From: a virus | Taxonomy: Duplodnaviria; Caudoviricetes | IMG/VR virus record: IMGVR_UViG_3300020379_001212 | Span: 1-25,132 of that record | Reading direction: 5' to 3' (one strand) | DNA: 25,132 bases | Program-made: the position numbers and the translations under genes | The notes under the pieces: generated by a model | Seen by the model: the letters and a program-made list of their open reading frames with translations, nothing else | Databases searched by the model: none | Told to the model about the DNA's origin: nothing | Part shown: in pieces, positions 13,644-23,379 of the stretch | How the letters are laid out: every line of letters starts with the position of its first letter | Position numbering within the stretch: position 1 is the first letter of the stretch

Positions 13644-16384
13644 TGGCACACGGATATCTAAACCCTACAGATTTAAGAACCGAGAGAAATTTTCTTGGTG
13701 ACATTGCTGGTGCTATCGGAAACAGAATTGGCAAAGCGTCTGATATGGCACGCAGAGAGCGTGCTTATGCAGAAAGTGTTGGCGAAAAAAATAATACCTC
13801 TCTTGCGGAAGCTGGTATTGGAAGAGGTCATTTTTTCCAGAGAGCACTAGGATCTACTTTCGGTGGTGATGCTCTAGCAAAAACTAGGGGTAGATTTGCT
13901 AAAGATGCTACAATGAGCATCGATCCAACAGGATCGCAAGCGTCTAGATTTAGAGGTGGTTTTGTTGACAGGGGTCGTTATGATTATTCTGAAGAAATTT
14001 TTGGTGCTCCTGCTGAAAGAGCTGGAGCATTAGCAACAATTTTTGGTGGTGGTGACAGTGGTCCTGGTGTTGCCCAAAGATTAATAGAAGCAGGACCGCA
14101 AGCAATTAATCCTGAGGTTCTTGGTGGAGAAACTGCCAAATATCAAGGAACTAAAACTAATGCTGCTGGATTTACTGTTGATACTACGGCAACAGAAATT
14201 AAGGATATTGCTGGTATTTTGAATCAAATTGGTCAGTTGATGGTTAGAACCAACAACAGTACCATTCAGGCAGTTGATAGTGTACAAAAAGTAAATGTTA
14301 AAGTTGTTGAAAGTATACAGAGTCTAGGACAACTTCAAGTTGGTATTGCCGAAAGACAAATTCAAAACCAGAAATTACTTGCCGCTAATGCTGAAAATAC
14401 AGCAGAAAAAATTGCTTCTAGGCAACAGGCATCTTCTGAAAAAGCAAATATGGCACAGAGACGTGTGTCTAGTGGGGATTTGGATCCAGAGGGTTCTGGA
14501 ATGGAAGGTCCAGAAGCTGGTGGTATTTTAGGTAGTATGTTTGGTAGTCTAGGAAATATTTTAGACACTGGAATGAGTTTACTTGGTGGTGGTCGCCGTG
14601 GTCGCCGTGGTCTTAGTAGAATGAGTCGTGCTGGTAGAAAAGCACAAAGAGCACAAGGATTTTCTACTGCTAATGCTGGAGACGTTGGTATTCGTGGAAT
14701 GAATTTCCGCAATAACAGTATGACTGGCGGTCAGTTATCTACAGCAAGAATCCAGGCTGGCGACATGCGCCCAGGTTCGCTTAGTAGAGCTCAAAATGAT
14801 ATAACAAAGAGATACGCTCAAAGATATGGTGAAAAAGCTGCCCTGAAACGCTTTGGCGCAGAAGGTTTAGAAGCAGCAGGAATGACTCTTACAAAAGGAG
14901 CAAGAGTTGCGAAATTCTTGAGTCCTGTTTTAAAGAGAGTTCCTTTAGTTGGTGGACTGTTAGATTTTGGTGTAAGTCTTGCTTTAGGAGAATCTGTTGG
15001 TAGAGCAGCAGCGAAAGCAATTGGTGCTACTTTAGGTGCAGGATTGGGTACTCTTGTTCCTATTCCTGGCGTTGGAACTATCTTAGGTGGTATTGCTGGA
15101 GATCTGTTAGGTGGTGCTGTATATGATGCTCTACGTGGTGGTGCTAGTAATAACGATGAGGCAGGATTAACTCCATTTGCTACAGGTGGTATTGTTACAC
15201 AACCTACAGCAGGTTTGGTTGGTGAAGCTGGTCAAGAAGGTGTTTTCCCACTTGAGGGTGCTAGAGGCAGGAAAACATTCCTTATGTTTGGTGAAGGTAT
15301 ATTAGAAGCACAGAAACAAAATAAAAAATTATCCGCTGAAATTCAAGCAAGAGGATTAGCAGAATATTTTGATAAAAAACCATGGTGGGAAAATTTACTT
15401 GAAGGATTAAAAAATTTCCTTCCTAATTGGAATCCATTCCAAAGAAATCCCAGAACTCCTCCTGGTCCTGGTCCTGGTGGTGGAGATATTGATGTATCTA
15501 AACTTGCTGGAGATACCCCAGAAGCAAAAGCATGGTTGGCAGCAATTAACGCTACAGAAGCAGGTGGTAAGGACAGATATAACACACTAGTTGGTGGTGA
15601 GGTTGTTCCTGAATTGACACAAATGACAATGCAGGAAGTTTATGATATGGCGTATGGAAGTTCTATTGGACAAGGATTCTTGCCAGAAAGATTTGGCGGT
15701 AGAAAAGTTAGATATGCTTCCCCAGATGGTACAGTATATTCTTCTCATGCTGCTGGTGCTTTCCAATTCCATCCAGGTACAATGATGGCGAGAGTGAAGC
15801 AAGCGGGAATGGACCCATCAACAACTTTATTTACTCCTGAAAATCAACAAAAACTCGCTTTAGCGCATTTGATGAATCTTGGTGTTGATCCAAATAAAGC
15901 AATGAATTCTGCTTCGTTATCAAAAGCTGGATCACTGGCAGGATGGCAAGGATTGTCTGTGGAAAATGGACATATCACAGAAGCTGGTGCTATGAAACTG
16001 TATGCGGACATGTTAAAGAAAGCACGAGCTGGTAACTCGACGTTTGGTTCAAATAATGAAAGTCCTCCTCTTGACGAAAAAACCAAAGGACTACTAGAGA
16101 TGTTTGGTCTGGAACCAGATCGTTCTTCTTTAAAAACCACACCAGTTAAAACATCATCTTTTATAGGACCACAACCTATTAGTGATTTATTAACAACGTC
16201 AGCACAAGTTGATTCTCAATCAAGAGCACAATCATATCAACCGTTGATGTTTACACTACCGTCACAGCAATCTACAGATTCAAATAGCGGTCAGCAAGGA
16301 TTTGCTTTAGGACTAGCAACTGCTGGTTCTTCTGGAATGGGACTTAATCCATATTCTAGTCTTGGTCTCATGACTCTTAAATAA
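13643..16384 (+). CDS. Tape-measure-like tail protein with lysozyme-like domain
   Basis: 913 aa, Gly/Ala-rich, hydrophobic Gly-rich stretch, FATGGIVTQPT.GLVGEAGQE.VFPL motif, then AWLAAINATEAGG..YNTLVGG...AAGAFQF...FTPENQQKLA (lambda-lysozyme-like pattern). Confidence 0.75.
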   Translation: MAHGYLNPTDLRTERNFLGDIAGAIGNRIGKASDMARRERAYAESVGEKNNTSLAEAGIGRGHFFQRALGSTFGGDALAKTRGRFAKDATMSIDPTGSQASRFRGGFVDRGRYDYSEEIFGAPAERAGALATIFGGGDSGPGVAQRLIEAGPQAINPEVLGGETAKYQGTKTNAAGFTVDTTATEIKDIAGILNQIGQLMVRTNNSTIQAVDSVQKVNVKVVESIQSLGQLQVGIAERQIQNQKLLAANAENTAEKIASRQQASSEKANMAQRRVSSGDLDPEGSGMEGPEAGGILGSMFGSLGNILDTGMSLLGGGRRGRRGLSRMSRAGRKAQRAQGFSTANAGDVGIRGMNFRNNSMTGGQLSTARIQAGDMRPGSLSRAQNDITKRYAQRYGEKAALKRFGAEGLEAAGMTLTKGARVAKFLSPVLKRVPLVGGLLDFGVSLALGESVGRAAAKAIGATLGAGLGTLVPIPGVGTILGGIAGDLLGGAVYDALRGGASNNDEAGLTPFATGGIVTQPTAGLVGEAGQEGVFPLEGARGRKTFLMFGEGILEAQKQNKKLSAEIQARGLAEYFDKKPWWENLLEGLKNFLPNWNPFQRNPRTPPGPGPGGGDIDVSKLAGDTPEAKAWLAAINATEAGGKDRYNTLVGGEVVPELTQMTMQEVYDMAYGSSIGQGFLPERFGGRKVRYASPDGTVYSSHAAGAFQFHPGTMMARVKQAGMDPSTTLFTPENQQKLALAHLMNLGVDPNKAMNSASLSKAGSLAGWQGLSVENGHITEAGAMKLYADMLKKARAGNSTFGSNNESPPLDEKTKGLLEMFGLEPDRSSLKTTPVKTSSFIGPQPISDLLTTSAQVDSQSRAQSYQPLMFTLPSQQSTDSNSGQQGFALGLATAGSSGMGLNPYSSLGLMTLK

Positions 16385-16386
16385 TC

Positions 16387-17796
16387 ATGGAAGCATCAAA
16401 CCCCACTGATTTTACACTAACAAAAGTCATCATTTATCCAAATGGTGATAAAGAACCACGTCCTATTACGGCTCTGGTTAATACTTTTGAATATGTAGAA
16501 AATATTACACATCCATTTTTATCAGCAAAAATGGAAGTAGTTGATAGTGCTGGACTTCTTACTACACTTCCAATTCAAGGTGGAGAAAAAATAGTAGTAG
16601 AAGTTGATGCGAAAGCATTTAAAAAGAAAATGGAGTATGAATTTGTTATTTGGACGATTCAAAATAGATTTGCTAGACAACAAAAACAATCATATGATAT
16701 TGGTTTAATTTCTATGGAGGCATTAGTAAATGAAATTACTAGGGTTAATCAACCATTATCTGGAAATCCTGAGAATATCATAGCTAAACTCCTCAATGAG
16801 AGATTGAAAACAACTAAGACAATATTTGGTGAACCATCAAAATTTGAAGTTAAGATGGTTGCGAATTATATGAGAACATTTGATATAATTGCGGAAATTG
16901 CCACAAAAAGTGTTTCAGCACAAACAAATTATAATTCTACGAATAATCAGAACAATAATAAATCAGAACAACAAGTAAAAGGATCTGCAGGATTTTTCTT
17001 TTGGGAATCGAAAAGAGGTTACAATTTTTTTGCTGTTGATTCTTTGTGTGCTGATCAAGATAGCAAATTAAAATCAAAAAATTTAGATTCTCCACCATGG
17101 GGACAATATGTGGAGACATTAGGAAATCAAGAAGGAATTGACACTAGATTTCAAATTTTGGAGTCTAATTTTGAATCTGAAATTGATTTACTTAGTTCAT
17201 TGAGACACGGAAAATACTCATCCATGTTGGTATTTTTTAATCACTCAACGGGACAATATGAAGAGTATGTGTACAAGATTAAGGATAGTTATGACAATAT
17301 GGCACATTTGGGTGGTCAGGAAGGAATTACTTTGATTCCAACAAATCAAATTGAATTATCTGATTATCCAAGTAGAATCATGTCTGTATTCTTAGATCAC
17401 GAATCATGGTATAATGAAGCAACACCTGCCTCACCCGATCCAAAAGATGGAGCAACAGATCCTACGAAATTTGCTGACTGGCAAAAATATTATACAGCAC
17501 AATCTTTAGCAAGATTTCAGTTGCTTAAGAATCAAATGTGTACTATAGTTATTGCTGGCAATCCAGATATTTGCGCTGGTGATAAAATTGATATTAGATT
17601 AGTCAACAAAGTTGGAACAGTTGAAGGTAGAAAAGAACCATATGACCCAGAAAGCAGTGGTGTGTATTTAATTTCTGAAGTAGCACATTTTTACGACACT
17701 ACGAATGGTCCTGGTGGCAAATTTACAACAACTCTCAGACTAATGAGAGATTCATACGGTCTAAAAGATAGACCATCAAACCACGGCACTAAATAA
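16387..17796 (+). CDS. Putative baseplate hub protein (gp27-like)
   Basis: YVENITHPFLSA..VVDSAGL..LPIQGGE, FFFWESKRGYNF, IAGN..I.AGDKI, SGVYLISEVAH; lies between tape measure and gp5. Confidence 0.65.
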   Translation: MEASNPTDFTLTKVIIYPNGDKEPRPITALVNTFEYVENITHPFLSAKMEVVDSAGLLTTLPIQGGEKIVVEVDAKAFKKKMEYEFVIWTIQNRFARQQKQSYDIGLISMEALVNEITRVNQPLSGNPENIIAKLLNERLKTTKTIFGEPSKFEVKMVANYMRTFDIIAEIATKSVSAQTNYNSTNNQNNNKSEQQVKGSAGFFFWESKRGYNFFAVDSLCADQDSKLKSKNLDSPPWGQYVETLGNQEGIDTRFQILESNFESEIDLLSSLRHGKYSSMLVFFNHSTGQYEEYVYKIKDSYDNMAHLGGQEGITLIPTNQIELSDYPSRIMSVFLDHESWYNEATPASPDPKDGATDPTKFADWQKYYTAQSLARFQLLKNQMCTIVIAGNPDICAGDKIDIRLVNKVGTVEGRKEPYDPESSGVYLISEVAHFYDTTNGPGGKFTTTLRLMRDSYGLKDRPSNHGTK

Positions 17797-17815
17797 CACA
17801 AGGAGGTAATTACCT

Positions 17816-18043
17816 ATGGAAAGTATCGAAAAGCATATCGAGAAGGATAAAGAGATTCTTGGGGATCCTACAACTTCTCCTCAGCAACGTCGTCATATTG
17901 AAGGCGAACTGCATGAATTGGAAGAATATGTAGAACACCACAAAAAAGAAATCGAAGCTGGTGATCATCATGATCCCACATACCTTGAACTCTATTGTGA
18001 TCAAAACCCATCAGAACCAGAATGTTTAATTTACGATGATTGA
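17816..18043 (+). CDS. cp12: Calvin-cycle inhibitor CP12
   Basis: C-terminal LELYCDQNPSEPECLIYDD; AGGAGG RBS at 17801-17806; CTAAATA at 17789-17795. Confidence 0.93.
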   Translation: MESIEKHIEKDKEILGDPTTSPQQRRHIEGELHELEEYVEHHKKEIEAGDHHDPTYLELYCDQNPSEPECLIYDD

Positions 18044-18048
18044 TTGAT

Positions 18049-20907
18049 ATGGATCAGTTATTATCACAGTTAATACCAACTCAACGCATTGGAAACGATG
18101 GTTTCAATTGGTGGGTGGGGCAAGTAGAAGGAACTGCCGCAGACGAAAAAAACAATAAAGGCGGATATCGTTTCAAAGTTCGCATCGTAGGATATCATCC
18201 TAAGAGTAAGGATATTCTCGATACGAAAGACTTGCCATGGGCTAACGTGATGATGCCAGTCAACGTACCCTTCATGCCTGGTAATGTTGGTGGAGCACAT
18301 CCTCAACTTGTTAAGGGGTGTTGGGTAGTTGGTTTTTATCTAGACAATAATAAGCAAAAACCCATTATCATGGGTTCTATTGGTCAAACTCCTGGTGCTA
18401 CAACTATTTCCCAGAGTGAAAGACCAGGAGATGATGAATCTTTTAAAACATATAATAATTGTACAGCAAGACCAGTAAATCCAGCAACGGATGGAAAACC
18501 AGCAGAGGAAAGTGATGGTGGTGAGGGCGAATCTAATAAAACTACTGGTGCTTTAGATGATGGCACATCAAATGCTGATGGTCAGAGAGTTCCACCAGCA
18601 GACAGAAAATATAATGGTCAAAAAGATGAAAAGTGGTGTCAAACAGTAGCAGAAAAGTGCGATAATGAAGACATCAAAACAAAGACTACAATTCTTCTTG
18701 GTGAGTTTCTAGCAGAAGTACAAAATAATAATGGCAATATTGGCACTTACTTGATTAGTCCTATTAATGGAACTATCAATGATGGTGTTGGTATTGCTAG
18801 AAAATACGTCAATAAATTTCAAAAAGTTATTACTGAATTTGTTGCGAGAGTAAAAGGATTTGTAATTGAGAAACTATCCAATGCGGTAAAGGATCTCATT
18901 AACGCATTGATTTACCCAGATGATACTGGAAATGTTCTAACTCCTGTTACAGAATGGTTCAATAACATATTGAAAGATCTTGGGTGTCAGATGGCAGACC
19001 TTGGAGATCGCTTGGCAAAGTGGTTGACAAATGTGTTAATGAGTTATGTCAATCAAATTTATCGTGCTGCAGCATGTCAAGTAGATGCTTTAGTCAATGG
19101 CATTTTATCAAAGATGAATTCTTTGATGGAAGATATCTTGGGTAAAGTCTTGGGTCCAATTCAAGATATTTTGGGTGCTATTGCTGGACCACTTAATATT
19201 CTTGGTGGAGCAATTAATTTTGTGTTGAATCTTCTGGGAATTTCTTGCTCTGGTCCTGAGAATGAGTGTGCCAAATATAAAGCAGTTTGTACAGATGGCG
19301 AGAAGAAGAAAGATAAAAATGACAAAGATTTCCTTGATGATTTATTAGAGAGTATTGATAATTTATTCCCTGCTACTGGTGCTGATTATACTCAGTATGT
19401 TTGTGATGAAGCATATAAAGGAGCACCATTAGAAGTTACTACTGTTGGATTTACTGGTGGTGTTCCAAGAGACGGCACTAGATCAGGAACACCTACAACA
19501 AAGAAGCAGAAGATTTCATATACAATATCTGATGTTAAGGTGACTGAAGGAGAGCAAGCACAGTTTGTAGTTACTAGAACTGGATACCTAGAAGTAGCAT
19601 CTTCTGTTACTTTTAAGACTCTTAAAAGAGGCGAAGCTACCCCGAATGAAGATTATTTGCCAGCAGAGGGAATTCTAGGTTTTGCTCCAACTGAAAAAGA
19701 AAAAACTATTATTATCGATACTTTGTATTCTGATGAAAGAGAACAAGAAGAAGATTTTTATATCAGACTGAAGAGAAACTCTCCTTCAAAGGGTAGTGGT
19801 GTTAGAAGTAGTTTTATCAAAGCTGTTGGTAAATGTACAATTACTGAGAGAAATGTTAAAGAACCATATGATCCTTATAATCCAAAACCAGTAAATCCAT
19901 TTCCAGATATTCCTACTGTTTTCCCACCAGATGAAATAGATGTTCCTACTGATCCAGAGTATCCTGATGAAGTTGATGTGCCAGATTCGGTAACAAACAT
20001 ACCAGCATACGCTGTAACTGCTGATAGAACTTCCTGTCCAGAAGGTGAGTTTATCATATACACTATTACTACATCCAATGTTGAAAATGGAACCATCTTA
20101 TACTATTCATTAACAGGAAATGGCATTACCGCTGATGATATTATTGGCAATAATTTAACAGGACAGTGTGTAATTAACAATAATTCTGCTGAAGTAACAG
20201 TGGGAATAGAAGACGATGGAGTCGTAGAAGAAGAAGAAGTTTTACGTTTCACATTAAATGGTACTGGTGCTGCTACAGATGTTCTTATTACAGCACCAGA
20301 TGGCGAAGATGGTGATGATGATGATGATGGGGAGGGAGAAAGTCCAGAGACTGAATTTGATGATTTTGTACCGCCCACAGTCAATCCAATTAAGGTCATC
20401 ACTGACCCAGGTGGTGGTATCATAGAGATTCCTATTGAAGATCCTGGTGATCCTTGGGAAGAACCACCATATGTTTGGATTGGTGGTGAAGGTATCGGTG
20501 CTACAGCAACTCCTTTACTTGATCAGAATGGGTTTATTACGGAAATTCGTATAAAATCTCCTGGATATGGATATAAACTAAACATTCCTGATAATGCAGG
20601 TGTTCGTTGTATCATTGATAGTTTTACTGTATTAAGTCCTGGTGTTGGATATAAAGAGACACCCGAGATGTATGTTGATGGAGAACTTGGTATTGCCGAA
20701 GCGATCATCAATGAAGATGGATTTGTTATTGGTGCCAGAACTTTGAATAGAGAACTCACATTCTCTGAGTTCCCTGAAATTGTAATTGTTGGTGGCGGTG
20801 GATATGGTGCTAGACTATTACCATCTCTAGCATGTCTAGATACTGAGGCATTGACTGTTGTTGGTGCTACTAAGATTGGAACTGGTCGTTACGTTGATTG
20901 CCCATAA
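18049..20907 (+). CDS. g5: gp5-like baseplate hub/spike protein (N-terminal OB fold; Calx-beta-like domains)
   Basis: GFNWWVGQVE...RFKVRIVGYH...LPWA...WVVGFYLD...QKPIIMGSI; later ISDVKVTEGE..FVVTRTG...L.FAPTE.EKTI Calx-beta-like pattern. Confidence 0.85.
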   Translation: MDQLLSQLIPTQRIGNDGFNWWVGQVEGTAADEKNNKGGYRFKVRIVGYHPKSKDILDTKDLPWANVMMPVNVPFMPGNVGGAHPQLVKGCWVVGFYLDNNKQKPIIMGSIGQTPGATTISQSERPGDDESFKTYNNCTARPVNPATDGKPAEESDGGEGESNKTTGALDDGTSNADGQRVPPADRKYNGQKDEKWCQTVAEKCDNEDIKTKTTILLGEFLAEVQNNNGNIGTYLISPINGTINDGVGIARKYVNKFQKVITEFVARVKGFVIEKLSNAVKDLINALIYPDDTGNVLTPVTEWFNNILKDLGCQMADLGDRLAKWLTNVLMSYVNQIYRAAACQVDALVNGILSKMNSLMEDILGKVLGPIQDILGAIAGPLNILGGAINFVLNLLGISCSGPENECAKYKAVCTDGEKKKDKNDKDFLDDLLESIDNLFPATGADYTQYVCDEAYKGAPLEVTTVGFTGGVPRDGTRSGTPTTKKQKISYTISDVKVTEGEQAQFVVTRTGYLEVASSVTFKTLKRGEATPNEDYLPAEGILGFAPTEKEKTIIIDTLYSDEREQEEDFYIRLKRNSPSKGSGVRSSFIKAVGKCTITERNVKEPYDPYNPKPVNPFPDIPTVFPPDEIDVPTDPEYPDEVDVPDSVTNIPAYAVTADRTSCPEGEFIIYTITTSNVENGTILYYSLTGNGITADDIIGNNLTGQCVINNNSAEVTVGIEDDGVVEEEEVLRFTLNGTGAATDVLITAPDGEDGDDDDDGEGESPETEFDDFVPPTVNPIKVITDPGGGIIEIPIEDPGDPWEEPPYVWIGGEGIGATATPLLDQNGFITEIRIKSPGYGYKLNIPDNAGVRCIIDSFTVLSPGVGYKETPEMYVDGELGIAEAIINEDGFVIGARTLNRELTFSEFPEIVIVGGGGYGARLLPSLACLDTEALTVVGATKIGTGRYVDCP

Positions 20908-21785
20908 TGCCACACTCTGTACCTGCTAACGAATACCCTACTGGTATTTTTAAACAAACAACACCAGATGAAGTTCAGCAACTTGATCGTGGTCCTAGAT
21001 TTAACACTGCTTTCAAGGGTGCTCTGACTCGTTCAGAGATCTATGAGAGAATGTATCCTGATGGTCAAACAGCAACATTGAGAATTGATGGACCAGCTAC
21101 AAACGGTGGGTTCCTAGCACTCCAGTCTGGTGGATCTGTAATGATCGTCACTGGAGAAAAAAATGTAGAGAAGGGTCCTGGCAGTGGCAAACTATGTATT
21201 CATTCTCACGGACAACAGCAAAAACACGAGCAAAGAACTGATATCGAGTATAGTGCTGGTGATGATGAAGAAAACCAAGCGTTGAATATGATTGCTTATG
21301 GTGATGTTGTGGAGCAAGCAATTGGTAGTACACGTCACATTAGAGCACAAAAAATTGTTATTTCAGCATCTGAAGAATTATTTTTGATTGGTAAATCACA
21401 AGTATTCATTCAAGCAGGATCTAATGGTGGTGGTACTATTACCATGAATGCTGGTAATGTTGAAAAAATTACCAATAATGATAAAGAAGTTATCTTAGGA
21501 CAGAAGATGACTTTTGGTGTTTCTGAGGAGACTACGGTTCAATTTGATCCTAGAGCATCAATCAACGCTGTTTCTCCTGGTCATGTCAATCATAAGATTT
21601 TGGGAGACTATAAAGTTTGGGTAGGTGGTGTAGAGCAGCATATTGTTGCTGGTGGTCCAGCAGTTCCACCACTTGTCAAAGATAGATTAAACAGTTATTC
21701 TGTGAAGACACTACTAGGAAATTCTGAGATTCAAAGTGTTGCTGGTAACACGAGTCTCAAGGGACTATTAATTTTACTTAACTAA
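20907..21785 (+). CDS. Putative gp5 C-terminal (beta-helix spike)-like protein
   Basis: TAATG-coupled to gp5; short beta-strand/Gly periodicity; ends ILLN. Confidence 0.55.
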   Translation: MPHSVPANEYPTGIFKQTTPDEVQQLDRGPRFNTAFKGALTRSEIYERMYPDGQTATLRIDGPATNGGFLALQSGGSVMIVTGEKNVEKGPGSGKLCIHSHGQQQKHEQRTDIEYSAGDDEENQALNMIAYGDVVEQAIGSTRHIRAQKIVISASEELFLIGKSQVFIQAGSNGGGTITMNAGNVEKITNNDKEVILGQKMTFGVSEETTVQFDPRASINAVSPGHVNHKILGDYKVWVGGVEQHIVAGGPAVPPLVKDRLNSYSVKTLLGNSEIQSVAGNTSLKGLLILLN

Positions 21786-21817
21786 TTAATCAGATATCCG
21801 TATCGAAAACTGGCACA

Positions 21818-21842
21818 AGGGGGGTTGTTTGACCCCCTTTTT
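21818..21842 (+). terminator. Rho-independent terminator
   Basis: GGGGGTT-GTTT-GACCCCC followed by T5, after the structural operon. Confidence 0.7.
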
Positions 21843-21901
21843 AATGCTAAATTACTCTTGTAGCAAATCAGGGGACTGCCTCAATTACCCGCACAACCCA
21901 C

Positions 21902-21930
21902 TTGACACACTCTGCTTCAAGTGCTACAAT
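21902..21930 (+). promoter_or_regulatory. Sigma70-type promoter
   Basis: TTGACA, 17-nt spacer ending in TGC, TACAAT. Confidence 0.85.
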
Positions 21931-22002
21931 ACATTCAACGGGACAAGTCGAGTCCCTATCCATCTGCGGGTAATCACTCCGCAAGTAAACAAAGGTATTA
22001 AA

Positions 22003-22374
22003 ATGATCAAATCTGTATTCGCAGCTACTGCTGCTCTGTCCGTTTCTGCTGGCGCTGCTGTTGCAGGTCCCTACGTCAACGTGGAAACCAATGCTGGTTG
22101 GACTGGCTCGGAATATAACGGTGCCGCAACTGACCTTCACGTAGGCTACGAGGGCGCTTTCAGTGAAACTGGTTCCTACTACATCCAGGGCGGCGCTACT
22201 GTGCTGACTCCCGATGGTGGTGACACTGACACCGTTCCTTCTGGTAAGGCAGGCATTGGTCTGGGACTGACCGAGGCACTGGGTGCTTATGGTGAGGTTT
22301 CCTTCGTCGGTTCTGGTGATGAGGATCTGGACCGTGGTTATGGTGCTAAGTTGGGTCTGAAGTATTCCTTCTGA
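22003..22374 (+). CDS. Small outer-membrane beta-barrel-like protein
   Basis: Signal peptide MIKSVFAATAALSVSAGAAVA, alternating amphipathic strands, C-terminal LGLKYSF; start at ATG 22003. Confidence 0.8.
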   Translation: MIKSVFAATAALSVSAGAAVAGPYVNVETNAGWTGSEYNGAATDLHVGYEGAFSETGSYYIQGGATVLTPDGGDTDTVPSGKAGIGLGLTEALGAYGEVSFVGSGDEDLDRGYGAKLGLKYSF

Positions 22375-22388
22375 TCTGAATAACAGTG

Positions 22389-22414
22389 AGGGCACCTTCG
22401 GGTGCCCTTTTTTT
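22389..22414 (+). terminator. Rho-independent terminator
   Basis: AGGGCACC-TTCG-GGTGCCCT followed by a T-run. Confidence 0.93.
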
Positions 22415-22446
22415 ATGCTTCTAAATATTGTGTATGATTCTTCATT

Positions 22447-22647
22447 ATGAACTACAAACCGTACAGTCCAGAGTGGCACAGATATCGTTATCTAAAGGAA
22501 GCTATTGATACGTACCTTGACGACTACGTTGAAAACGATATCATTATGGGTGATATCCTTAGTATCGTGTGTGATCGTCAAGAGAAAGCACATGCTGAGT
22601 ATCATCGACTCGAAGACTTAGAACTTAAACTAGATTTCAGAGACTGA
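22447..22647 (+). CDS. Hypothetical protein
   Basis: 66 aa, YKPYSPEWHR; CTAAATA at 22421-22427. Confidence 0.75.
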   Translation: MNYKPYSPEWHRYRYLKEAIDTYLDDYVENDIIMGDILSIVCDRQEKAHAEYHRLEDLELKLDFRD

Positions 22648-22648
22648 C

Positions 22649-22963
22649 ATGCTATCTACTCAATACAGACTAAGACTAGAATTCATCTGTAAGAAGATCG
22701 CAAACAAGGAGGAAGTAAAATTAGAAGATATGATCTGGGTGGAGAAACTTGCCAAGAGACATACTACTGCTAGGGACTGGTTAAACAAAGCACGTCGTCA
22801 GGCAGCGCAGGACATCCAGGAAGGCAGTATGGATGATTTTATGAATAGGATGGGTCTAGGAGATCCAGACCCCTCCAACTACCGCACAGGGTTCGATGGT
22901 GCGGATGATATTAAAGACTGGTTCGGACGAGACAAACCTGATGATTGGAGGCAACGTGACTAA
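22649..22963 (+). CDS. Conserved cyanophage hypothetical protein
   Basis: MLSTQYRLRLEFIC...GLGDPDPSN...DDWRQRD, 104 aa. Confidence 0.8.
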   Translation: MLSTQYRLRLEFICKKIANKEEVKLEDMIWVEKLAKRHTTARDWLNKARRQAAQDIQEGSMDDFMNRMGLGDPDPSNYRTGFDGADDIKDWFGRDKPDDWRQRD

Positions 22964-23225
22964 TGATTTTTTAGACAACTTGGGTGCTAATCAATATCGG
23001 AAGATGCATCAACCCAAAAAAATTAAACTCACACCTCAAACATATATTGATATGAATGAGGAATTTGAGCAAAACGGTGATAGGGTAAGAATTGAAGTTC
23101 CTACTCAAGAAGCAATTGACAAATGGCAGAACTGGATCGATCCAGACATGCATAATAGAACTGTAGAACCTAAAGATATGGTTCAGGAAATGTGGGATGC
23201 TATTGGAGGACGACCCAATGACTGA
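22956..23225 (+). CDS. Hypothetical protein
   Basis: GTG 22956 with GGAGG RBS at 22947-22951. Confidence 0.65.
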   Translation: MTNDFLDNLGANQYRKMHQPKKIKLTPQTYIDMNEEFEQNGDRVRIEVPTQEAIDKWQNWIDPDMHNRTVEPKDMVQEMWDAIGGRPND

Positions 23226-23379
23226 AGAATGGAGAGAAGCAACTAACAAAGTAATTGCTCTACAACAAGTTAGTAATATTGAAAAACTTTTAGATGGTAA
23301 AGCATCTCATTACGTTTGTGTTGATAAATTTACAACTCACGAAAAAATTGTAATCGAATACAATCACAAGAAAAAATGA
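23218..23379 (+). CDS. Hypothetical protein
   Basis: ATG 23218 with GGAGG upstream; 53 aa. Confidence 0.65.
   Translation: MTEEWREATNKVIALQQVSNIEKLLDGKASHYVCVDKFTTHEKIVIEYNHKKK

Noticed and set aside
14591-14611. Tandem GGTCGCCGT repeat
   Set aside because: Two copies only, encoding low-complexity GRRGRRG in the tape-measure-like protein.
19875-20759. Several short minus-strand Ser/Pro-rich ORFs
   Set aside because: Antisense artefacts of the Asp/Glu/Gly-rich gp5 codons.
21829-22002. N-terminal extension of the 181-aa ORF
   Set aside because: It spans a terminator, promoter and leader; the signal peptide starts at ATG 22003.
21868-22479. 203-aa minus-strand ORF
   Set aside because: Shadow of the GC-rich outer-membrane protein gene; it runs through that gene's terminator and promoter.
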